Shown in pieces: positions 37,634-45,531 of a stretch of DNA of 48,247 nt. The notes beneath the pieces were generated by a model. That model saw only the letters and a list, made by a program, of their open reading frames with translations, had not been told where the DNA came from and searched no databases. The stretch comes from Microbacterium sp. Lineage in GTDB: Bacteria > Actinomycetota > Actinomycetes > Actinomycetales > Microbacteriaceae. The position numbers and the translations under genes are program-made. Position 1 is the first letter of the stretch; each line of letters opens with the position of its first letter. Location: positions 1 through 48,247 of the forward strand of contig DATEOM010000412.1 in the NCBI GenBank assembly GCA_035274105.1, read 5' to 3'.

Positions 37634-38653
37634 ATGATCAAGCTTCTGTCGCATCTGTCGTATGTGGCCATCACGTCGCCGGATGTGGAAGCATCCGTCG
37701 ACTTCTACGTGAAGCAGGTCGGCCTCACGGTCGTCGACCGCGTCGACGGCGCCGTCTACCTCCGCTGCTGGGGCGACTACTACGCGTACTCGGTCGTGGT
37801 CGTGCCGGGTGACGAGCCGGGTCTCGTGACCGCGGCGTGGCGCACCTCGAGCCCCGAGGCGCTGGAGGAGGCCGCGAAGCGCGTCGAGGCCGCCGGCATC
37901 CAGGGCGAGTGGATCGATGTCCACAAGATCGGCCGTGCCTACCGGTTCACCGGCCCGTGGGGCCACACGCTGACCCTTCACTGGGACGTCACTCGCCACC
38001 ACGACACCGAGGGCGACGCCGCGTCGATCTACCCGGACCGTCCCTCGCGTCGCAGCAAGGTCGCGGGCGCCCCGCGCCAGCTCGACCACGTCACGATCGC
38101 GACCAGCGACGTCGACGCCTTCGTCCAGTGGTACGTCGACGTGCTCGGCTTCCGCTTCATGGCGCGCACGCAGCTCGACGAGGCCCCGATCTCGGTGTTC
38201 TCGGTGCTCACGACCAACGAGAAGTCGCACGACCTCGGCGTCGTCCTCGACGGCTCGACCCGCGCCGGCCGAGTGAACCACTACGCGTTCTGGGTCGACA
38301 CCCGCGAGGAGCTGCTCATCGCGGCCGACGTCCTCGGCGAGAACGGCTACCCGATCGAGTACGGCCCGTCGATCCACGGCATCGGCGAGCAGAACTTCCT
38401 CTACTACCGCGAGCCCTCGAGCCTGCGCATCGAACTCAACACCGGCGGCTACCGCAACTACGTGCCCGACTGGGAGGCCAACACCTGGAAGCCGTCGCAG
38501 GGGTCGAACAACTTCTACCGCAACAGCGCCATGCCGATGTCGATGACGGAGTCCTTCCCGCCCGCCGACGGCCCTTCGGCGACCGAGGAGGGCGTTCCGG
38601 ACGAGATCAAGGACGCCCTGCTGAACCCGTACGCCAAGCACGGCCAGGGCTGA
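37634..38653 (+). CDS. VOC-family extradiol ring-cleavage dioxygenase (catechol 2,3-dioxygenase-like)
   Basis: VYLRCWGD, LDHVT, SHDLG, NHYAF, GPSIHGIG, LYYREPS..RIEL metal and catalytic motifs. AAAGGGA RBS. Confidence 0.88.
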   Translation: MIKLLSHLSYVAITSPDVEASVDFYVKQVGLTVVDRVDGAVYLRCWGDYYAYSVVVVPGDEPGLVTAAWRTSSPEALEEAAKRVEAAGIQGEWIDVHKIGRAYRFTGPWGHTLTLHWDVTRHHDTEGDAASIYPDRPSRRSKVAGAPRQLDHVTIATSDVDAFVQWYVDVLGFRFMARTQLDEAPISVFSVLTTNEKSHDLGVVLDGSTRAGRVNHYAFWVDTREELLIAADVLGENGYPIEYGPSIHGIGEQNFLYYREPSSLRIELNTGGYRNYVPDWEANTWKPSQGSNNFYRNSAMPMSMTESFPPADGPSATEEGVPDEIKDALLNPYAKHGQG

Positions 38654-38659
38654 CAGGCT

Positions 38660-38694
38660 CGAGGGTGGGGATGCCGGAGGCGTCCCCACCCTCG
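38660..38694. terminator. Intercistronic stem-loop
   Basis: CGAGGGTGGGGATGCC-GGA-GGCGTCCCCACCCTCG. Confidence 0.6.
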
Positions 38695-38727
38695 GACCAC
38701 GTTCCGAACCACGGATCTGGAGAGAAC

Positions 38728-39699
38728 ATGACGACGTCGTCACACGGACTGACCGCCCCCTTCGCCCTCGCGCGCTTCCGCGACGGCGATTCCGTGCGTC
38801 TCGGGCTCGTCGCCGGCGACCGCATCCGCGCGGTCTCCGACGACGATCTCGGCGCCGCCGGACTCAACGCCTTCCTGGCGCACCCCGATTGGGACCGCCT
38901 CCGCGCGCTCGCCTCACACGACGGGGGGTGGATGCCGCTGGCCGACGTCGTGCTCACCGCCCCGGTCGAGCCGCGCCAGGTGGTGCAGGCGGGCGCGAAC
39001 TATCGCGAGCACGTCATCGAGCTGGTCGTGGCGGGCCTCACGCAGGACCCGTCCCGCTCGCCCGAGGAGGCGCGCGAGTTCGCGGCCAAGATGATGGATG
39101 ACCGCCGTGCGAACGGCGAGCCGTACTTCTTCCTCGGGCTCCCGACTGTCGTCGTCGGCGACGACGTGCCGCTCGTGCTGCCCGGCTACAGCGAGGTGCA
39201 CGACTGGGAGCTCGAGCTCGCCGTCGTGATCGGCACCGAGGCGTTCCGCGTCTCCCGCGAGGACGCGCTGCATCACGTCGCCGGCTACACGATCGTCAAC
39301 GACGTGACGACGCGCGATCTCGTCTTCCGCAAGGACATGAAGGAGATCGGCACCGACTGGTTCCGCTCCAAGAACGCCCCCGGCTTCCTGCCGACCGGTC
39401 CTTTCCTGGTGCCGGCGCCCTTCGTGGCGGGGGAGGACCTCACGGTGCGACTCGAGCTCAACGGCGACACGATGCAGAACGGATCGACGAGCGACCTCCT
39501 CTTCGACATCCCGGCGCTCATCTCCGCCGCTTCGCAGACGACGACGCTGCTGCCCGGCGATCTGCTCCTCACCGGGAGCCCTCCCGGGAACGGCCAGCAC
39601 TGGAAGAGGTTCTTGCGGGACGGCGACGTCATGACGGGGTCCATCTCGGGCCTCGGGACGCAGGTGGTCCGCTGCCTCGCGGAAGGACCGGCGGTATGA
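38728..39699 (+). CDS. Fumarylacetoacetate hydrolase family protein
   Basis: GANYREH, DWELELAVVIG, GYTIVNDVT.RD, SKN, PTGP, LLPGDLLLTGSPPG. Confidence 0.9.
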   Translation: MTTSSHGLTAPFALARFRDGDSVRLGLVAGDRIRAVSDDDLGAAGLNAFLAHPDWDRLRALASHDGGWMPLADVVLTAPVEPRQVVQAGANYREHVIELVVAGLTQDPSRSPEEAREFAAKMMDDRRANGEPYFFLGLPTVVVGDDVPLVLPGYSEVHDWELELAVVIGTEAFRVSREDALHHVAGYTIVNDVTTRDLVFRKDMKEIGTDWFRSKNAPGFLPTGPFLVPAPFVAGEDLTVRLELNGDTMQNGSTSDLLFDIPALISAASQTTTLLPGDLLLTGSPPGNGQHWKRFLRDGDVMTGSISGLGTQVVRCLAEGPAV

Positions 39700-40712
39700 C
39701 CCTTCGACCGGCTCAGGGGCCGGTGTCCGAGGACCCCGGCGACCTCGACCGCACCGACCCCGCAGCCGAGATCGCGGCGCGCGCCGAGGCGTTCCGCAAT
39801 TGGGGCCGCTGGGGTGAGGACGACGTGCTCGGCACACTCAACTTCATCGACGCAGCCAAGCGCGTCGAGGCCGCCGCCCTCGTGCAGGACGGCTCGGTCG
39901 TCTCGCTCGCGCAGGCGTTCGACACGAACGGCCCGCAGAAGGGGTGGCGCCGGCGCACCAACCCGGTGCACACGATGACCGACACCGGCACCGACGCCGA
40001 GCGCGGCAACCAGGGCTTTCCGCACGGCATCGGCGGCGCCGACGACGTGATCGCGATGCCGCTGCAGTGCTCCACCCAGTGGGACGGACTCGGCCACATC
40101 TTCGACCACGGCAACGCCTGGAACGGCCGGCGCGCGGGCGACGTCGTCACGAGCGACGGCGACCTCGTCACGGGCATCGAGCACGCGGCATCCGTCATCG
40201 TCTCTCGAGGTGTCCTCCTCGACGTCGGCCGCCACCTGCGACCCGAGACCGGCGAACTCGAGGACGGCTACGCGATCACCGTCGCCGACCTCGAGGCGAC
40301 CATCGCGGCGCAGGGCGCCTCGAGCCGGGTCGGCCGCGGCGACATCGTGCTGGTGCGCACGGGGCAGTACGCCCGCACCCGCCGTGACGGCTGGGGCGAG
40401 TACGCCGGCGGACCCGCACCCGGCCTCTCGCTCACCACGGCCGGGTGGCTGCATCGCACCGAGATCGCCGCGATCGCCACCGACACGTGGGGCTTCGAGG
40501 TGCGGCCCAACGAGTTCGATGCCCCGGCGTTTCAGCCGCTGCACCAGGTCGTGATCCCGAACATGGGACTCACGATCGGCGAGATGTGGAATCTCGACGC
40601 GCTCGCCGACGCGTGTGCGGCGCGCGGGCGCTGGGACTTCCTGCTGTCGGCGGCACCGCTGCCGATCACGGGGGCGGTCGGCTCGCCGATCAACCCCGTC
40701 GCGATTCTGTGA
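39696..40712 (+). CDS. Cyclase family (kynurenine-formamidase-like) metal hydrolase
   Basis: NWGRWGEDDVLGTLN, QCSTQWDGLGH, SRGVLLDV, GDIVLVRTG, GEMW, GAVGSPINPVAI. Alternative GTG start at 39724. Confidence 0.88.
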   Translation: MTLRPAQGPVSEDPGDLDRTDPAAEIAARAEAFRNWGRWGEDDVLGTLNFIDAAKRVEAAALVQDGSVVSLAQAFDTNGPQKGWRRRTNPVHTMTDTGTDAERGNQGFPHGIGGADDVIAMPLQCSTQWDGLGHIFDHGNAWNGRRAGDVVTSDGDLVTGIEHAASVIVSRGVLLDVGRHLRPETGELEDGYAITVADLEATIAAQGASSRVGRGDIVLVRTGQYARTRRDGWGEYAGGPAPGLSLTTAGWLHRTEIAAIATDTWGFEVRPNEFDAPAFQPLHQVVIPNMGLTIGEMWNLDALADACAARGRWDFLLSAAPLPITGAVGSPINPVAIL

Positions 40713-40744
40713 TCCCCGAAGACCAAGAACAGAGAGGTTCTGAC

Positions 40745-41878
40745 ATGACCGCAGTCAACAAGGTCGCCATCGCCGGAAGCGGCGTGAGCGGACTCGCGGC
40801 CGCCATCCAGCTCGCCAAGGCCGGCGTCGAGGTCGACGTCTTCGAGGCGAAGCCCGAGCTCAGCGCGCTGGGGTCCGGCATCTCGCTCCAGGGCAACGCC
40901 CTGCGCGTGTTCGACGCGCTCGGCGCGTGGGACGACATCCGCGCCGCCGGCTACCCCTTCGAGGGGCTCAACCTGCGCGCGCCCGGGCCGGGGGCGCCGA
41001 TCGTCGCCGAGCTTCCGGACGTCAAGACCGGCGGACCCGATTATCCGGCGGCGATGGGGATGCCGCGGCCCGCACTGGCCCGCATCCTCCTCGACCACGC
41101 GCAGAAGGCCGGTGCGAACGTCCGCTTCGGAGCCAAGGTCACAGGTCTCGAGCAGAGCGGCGACGGCGTCGAGGTCTTCGTCGACGGCGCCTCCGTCGGC
41201 ACGTACGACCTGCTCATCGGCGCCGACGGCCTGAACTCCGCCGTCCGGGGACTCATCGGCATCGAGACCAAGCCCGAGCCGACCGGCATGGGCATCTGGC
41301 GCTCGTTCGTCTCGCGGCCCGCCGAGGTCGTCCGCAGCGAGCTGTACTACGGCGGCCCGGTCTACATCGCCGGGTACACCCCGACGGGCGACGGCACGAT
41401 GTACGCCTTCCTCGTCGAGAAGGCACAGGACCGCTTCGACGTCAGCGACGAGGACGCCACGCGCATCATGCTCGAGGAGTCGCGTGCCTACGAAGGCCCG
41501 TGGAACTCGATCCGCGCCGACCTCGAAGCCGGCGCGCATGCCAACTACACCTGGTTCACGAAGCACATCGTCGAGGGGCCGTGGAACCGCGGCCGCGTCG
41601 TCCTCATCGGCGACGCCGCGCACTCGTGTCCTCCGACGATCGCGCAGGGCGCGGCGCAGGGCCTCGAGGACGCGCTGGTGCTCACCGAGCTGCTGGCCGG
41701 ACGCGACGCCGTCGACGCGGCGCTGTGGGACGAGTTCCACGCGCGCCGGCTGCCGCGCGCCAAGGCCGTGGTGGAGGCATCCGTCCAGCTCGGCCAGTGG
41801 CAGCTGGACGGCGTCCGGGACGCGGACGTCGCCGGCCTTATGTTCGGCATCGCGCACCAGATGGCGGTGCCCGCATGA
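40745..41878 (+). CDS. FAD-dependent monooxygenase (group A aromatic hydroxylase)
   Basis: GSGVSG, LIGADGLNSAVR, LIGDAAHSCPPTIAQGAAQGLEDA. Confidence 0.9.
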   Translation: MTAVNKVAIAGSGVSGLAAAIQLAKAGVEVDVFEAKPELSALGSGISLQGNALRVFDALGAWDDIRAAGYPFEGLNLRAPGPGAPIVAELPDVKTGGPDYPAAMGMPRPALARILLDHAQKAGANVRFGAKVTGLEQSGDGVEVFVDGASVGTYDLLIGADGLNSAVRGLIGIETKPEPTGMGIWRSFVSRPAEVVRSELYYGGPVYIAGYTPTGDGTMYAFLVEKAQDRFDVSDEDATRIMLEESRAYEGPWNSIRADLEAGAHANYTWFTKHIVEGPWNRGRVVLIGDAAHSCPPTIAQGAAQGLEDALVLTELLAGRDAVDAALWDEFHARRLPRAKAVVEASVQLGQWQLDGVRDADVAGLMFGIAHQMAVPA

Positions 41879-42915
41879 CTGAGTTCATTTCGGTCAGCGG
41901 CGACCGGATGCCGGTCGTCGACGTCCACGCGCACCTGCTTCTGCCGGCGCTGCACGCCGAGGTCGAGCGCCGGGCGCCCGAGGAGGTGGCGGCGGCCGCG
42001 GATCTCGAGCGCCGGCGCAACGGCGTCGAGAGCCTGCAGGCGTCGGGCGCCATGATCGGCGCCCGGATCCCGAAGCTCACCGACGTGAACGCGCGACTGG
42101 CGGCGATGGACGAGCAGGGCGTCGACCGGCAGTGGGTCAGCGTCTCACCGAACCACTTCTATCCGTGGGCGAACGAGGGCCTGTCGGGGTGGATCGCGGG
42201 GGAGACGAACCGGCTCATCGCCGAGCACGTCGCCCAGGCGCCCGACCGCCTCGTCGGTCTCGGCGTCGTGCCGTTGCAGCACCCGACGCACCTCGTCGAG
42301 TACCTCGACGACGCCGTGCTCGGTCGCGGTCTCGCCGGCGTCGAGATCTCGTCGTTCGCCGGTGATGTCGAGCTGTCGGACGAACGTCTCGAGCCGTTCT
42401 GGGCGCGGGCGGCCGAGCTCGGCTGTGTGATCTTCCTGCACCCGTTCGGCTGCAGCCTCGACGAGCGACTCGACCGCTTCTACCTCTCGAACACGGTGGG
42501 GCAGCCGACCGAGAACGCCGTCGCACTGTCGCACCTCATCTTCGCGGGTGTGCTCGACCGGCACCCGGGGCTCAAGGTCGTCGTCGCCCACGGCGGCGGC
42601 TACCTGCCGTTCGCAATCGGCCGCTCCGATCGGGCATGGCGGGTGCGGCCCGAGGCGCGCCGCTGCGCGCACGAGCCGTCGAGCTACCTGAAGAAGCTGT
42701 GGTTCGACACCGTCGTCCACGACCCGATCGCGGTGCGCCACCTCGTCGAGGTCGCGGGGGGCTCGCGAGTCGTGCTCGGCAGCGACTTCCCGTTCGACAT
42801 GGGGCTCGACGACCCGGTCGCGTTCGTGCGCTCGGCCGGCCTCCCAGCCGAGATCACCGACCGCATCCTCGCCGGCAACGCCGACGAGCTGCTGCGCACG
42901 AAGGTCTCCGCATGA
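41875..42915 (+). CDS. Amidohydrolase_2 family (ACMSD/LigW-like decarboxylase or hydratase)
   Basis: DVHAH, FLHP, AHGGGYLP, WFDT, GSDFPFDMG. Confidence 0.88.
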   Translation: MTEFISVSGDRMPVVDVHAHLLLPALHAEVERRAPEEVAAAADLERRRNGVESLQASGAMIGARIPKLTDVNARLAAMDEQGVDRQWVSVSPNHFYPWANEGLSGWIAGETNRLIAEHVAQAPDRLVGLGVVPLQHPTHLVEYLDDAVLGRGLAGVEISSFAGDVELSDERLEPFWARAAELGCVIFLHPFGCSLDERLDRFYLSNTVGQPTENAVALSHLIFAGVLDRHPGLKVVVAHGGGYLPFAIGRSDRAWRVRPEARRCAHEPSSYLKKLWFDTVVHDPIAVRHLVEVAGGSRVVLGSDFPFDMGLDDPVAFVRSAGLPAEITDRILAGNADELLRTKVSA

Positions 42916-43880
42916 GGATCGCGCGCTGGACCGACGGCACGGTCGTCGGCGAGGGCTTCGTCGTCGGCGATCGCGTCATCGCGTTCCCCGACCGCCAGAC
43001 GGTCGCCGACATCCTCGCCGGAGGATTGGATGCTGCGCACGCAGCCTTCGGCCGGGTGGAGGACGAGTCCGGCACAGCGCTCGCCGAGGTGCGCCTGCTG
43101 GCACCGGTGGTCCCGGCATCCGTCCGTGACTTCGTCGCGTTCGAGGAGCACGTCGAGGGCGTGAGCGCGTCGGTCGACGGCAAGAGCGAGGTCGTGCCGG
43201 AGTGGTACCAGGCGCCGACGTTCTACTTCACGAACCCGCACACGATCCTCGGCCCCGGCGAGCCCGTCGCCCCGCCGGTCACCGAACGCCTCGACTTCGA
43301 GCTGGAGGTCGCCGTCGTCGTCGGCAACGCCCCCGGGGTCGGCGAGGCGAACCTGACGGCGGCGGAGGCTTCCTCCCGCATCTTCGGCTACACGATCATG
43401 AACGACTGGTCGGCGCGAGACATCCAGTCGCGCGAGATGAAGGTGCGCCTCGGGCCCGCCAAGGGCAAGGACTTCGGCACCAGTCTCGGTCCGTGGATCG
43501 TGACGGCCGACGAACTGGAGCAGTACGTCGACGCCGACGGCTTCCTCGCGATCCGCGCCGAGGTGCGCATCAACGGCGAGCTCGTCGGCGAGGACCTCGT
43601 GTCGAACATGGGCTGGCCGTTCGCCGAGCTCGTCGCGTACGCCTCGCGCAACTCCCGGGTCGTCCCGGGGGACGTGCTCGGCAGCGGCACGGTCGGCAAC
43701 GGCGGATGCCTCGGCGAGCTGTGGGGGAGAGGCTCGACGATCCCCGCTCTGCGCGAGGGCGACGAAGTGCGCATGACCGTCGAGGGCATCGGCGAGCTCG
43801 TCGGGACCGTGGGCGCGGCGGTGCCCGCACACGCACTGCCCGCGGCGCGCCTCCGCCCGCGCACGAGACAGCGTTCCTGA
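42912..43880 (+). CDS. Fumarylacetoacetate hydrolase family protein, second type
   Basis: RDFVAFEEH, PTFYFTN, LDFELEVA, NDWSARD, KGKDF, GDVLGSGT. Confidence 0.9.
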   Translation: MRIARWTDGTVVGEGFVVGDRVIAFPDRQTVADILAGGLDAAHAAFGRVEDESGTALAEVRLLAPVVPASVRDFVAFEEHVEGVSASVDGKSEVVPEWYQAPTFYFTNPHTILGPGEPVAPPVTERLDFELEVAVVVGNAPGVGEANLTAAEASSRIFGYTIMNDWSARDIQSREMKVRLGPAKGKDFGTSLGPWIVTADELEQYVDADGFLAIRAEVRINGELVGEDLVSNMGWPFAELVAYASRNSRVVPGDVLGSGTVGNGGCLGELWGRGSTIPALREGDEVRMTVEGIGELVGTVGAAVPAHALPAARLRPRTRQRS

Positions 43881-43882
43881 TT

Positions 43883-43905
43883 CTTTAGTTGTTTTTCGAC
43901 TAAAG
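43883..43905. promoter_or_regulatory. Candidate ROK operator (perfect arms)
   Basis: CTTTAGT-TGTTTTTCG-ACTAAAG upstream of the MFS-oxidase operon. Confidence 0.6.
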
Positions 43906-44020
43906 CATGGCTAGAATCGACAGTGACGTCGGGGCCCACGCAGGCCCGTTCCCTGTGGCGAGGCCGCCCAGGGGCACACCCCGTCGCGTCGATCGCCCGG
44001 TCGTACGGGCCAGAACGCGT

Positions 44021-45514
44021 ATGAGCATGTCACCGTGGAGGCTTCGCCTCCTGATCGTCTCCCTCCTGACGGTCGCGATCCTCGGAGCCCTCGACCACAC
44101 GATCGTGTCGACCTCCCTCGCGACGGTCGCAGGAGAACTCGGAGCCCTCGCCCAGATGGGGTGGGTCGTTGTCGGATACACGCTGGCGAGCACCGTGCTT
44201 CTGCCGGTGCTCGGCAAGCTCGGCGATGCGGTGGGACCGCGCGCCGTGTTCCTGGTGTCCCTGGTGCTGTTCCTCGTCGCGTCGCTCGCGTGCGGCTTCG
44301 CGCAGGACATGCCGCAGCTCATCGGTGCGCGCGTCGTGCAGGGCATGAGCTCGGCGGGCCTGCACCTGATGTCGCAGACGATCGTCGCCCGCGTGACCAC
44401 CCCGCGCGAGCGGCCGAGGTATCTCGCGCTCATCGGCGCCGCCTTCCCCGTCGCGATCCTCATCGGCCCCGTGCTCGGCGGCCTCATCACGGACTACTGG
44501 GGCTGGTCCTGGGTGTTCTGGATCAACATCCCGTTCGGCGTCGCCGCGCTCCTGCTCGCCCTCGTCGCCGTGCCGCATCTGCCCGGCTTCGGCCGGCGCC
44601 GGTTCGATGTCGGCGGCTCCGTCTCGTTCGCGATCGCGATGGTCGCTCTGGTGCTCGCGGTGACGTGGATCGGCGATCCCGCACGGGCGGCAGCATCCGT
44701 CGTCGCCTTCGTCGTGGCGGGCATGGCGTTCGCCGCGTTCTTCCTCATCGAGCTGCGGGCGCCCGAGCCCCTGGTCCCGCTGCGGCTCTTCGCCGACCGG
44801 ACCATCGCGGTCGGCACGGTGCTGTCGGCCATCATCGGCATCGGCCTGTTCTCGATCACGGCGTATCTGCCCACGTACATCCAGATGGCTTACCGCACGA
44901 GCGCGACGGTGTCGGGTCTCGTCCCCATCGCGACCGTGTTCGGGATGCTGGTGAGCAATCTCGCGACCGGGTGGCTCGTCAGCCGCACCGGCCACTACCG
45001 CGTCTACTGCATCGTGGGAACTGCGCTGAGTGCCGCCGGGCTCTTCGCCATGTCGGTCCTCCCGGTCGGCCTGCCGCTGTGGGTGCCGATGATCCTCATG
45101 GCCGTCGTCGGGGTCGGCACGGGCGCCTTCATGAGTCTCGTCATCGCGGTCGTCCAGAGCGCGGCGCCGCGTCGCGACACCGGCAGCATGACGGCGACGG
45201 TGAACCTCGTGCGACAGGTCGGCTCGACCGTCGCGACCGCGATCATCGGCGGCGTCATCGGCTTCGGCGTCGCGGCACTCCTCCCGTCGTCGCTCGATGC
45301 TGCGACGCTGACGCCGCAGTTCGTGCACGACGCGTCCGCCGCCGTGCAGAGCCAGGTCGCCGGGATCTACAGCGGCATCTTCGCTCCCGTGTTCGCGGCG
45401 CTCGCCGTCACCTACGCCGCCGGCGTCGTGGCCGCGGTGCTCCTTCCGGCCGGTCGCCTCTCGGACGAGTCCGAGCCTGCACCGGCACCCAGTTCCGAAC
45501 CCCTCACCGCGTGA
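44021..45514 (+). CDS. MFS transporter, DHA2 (EmrB/QacA-like, 14 TM)
   Basis: LDHTIVSTSL, WVVVGYTLAST, GKLGDAVG, ARVVQG, GPVLGG, WSWVFWINIP, EPLVPLRLF. Start uncertain (44021 preferred). Confidence 0.88.
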   Translation: MSMSPWRLRLLIVSLLTVAILGALDHTIVSTSLATVAGELGALAQMGWVVVGYTLASTVLLPVLGKLGDAVGPRAVFLVSLVLFLVASLACGFAQDMPQLIGARVVQGMSSAGLHLMSQTIVARVTTPRERPRYLALIGAAFPVAILIGPVLGGLITDYWGWSWVFWINIPFGVAALLLALVAVPHLPGFGRRRFDVGGSVSFAIAMVALVLAVTWIGDPARAAASVVAFVVAGMAFAAFFLIELRAPEPLVPLRLFADRTIAVGTVLSAIIGIGLFSITAYLPTYIQMAYRTSATVSGLVPIATVFGMLVSNLATGWLVSRTGHYRVYCIVGTALSAAGLFAMSVLPVGLPLWVPMILMAVVGVGTGAFMSLVIAVVQSAAPRRDTGSMTATVNLVRQVGSTVATAIIGGVIGFGVAALLPSSLDAATLTPQFVHDASAAVQSQVAGIYSGIFAPVFAALAVTYAAGVVAAVLLPAGRLSDESEPAPAPSSEPLTA

Positions 45515-45531
45515 CCAGAAGAGGTACTCCC

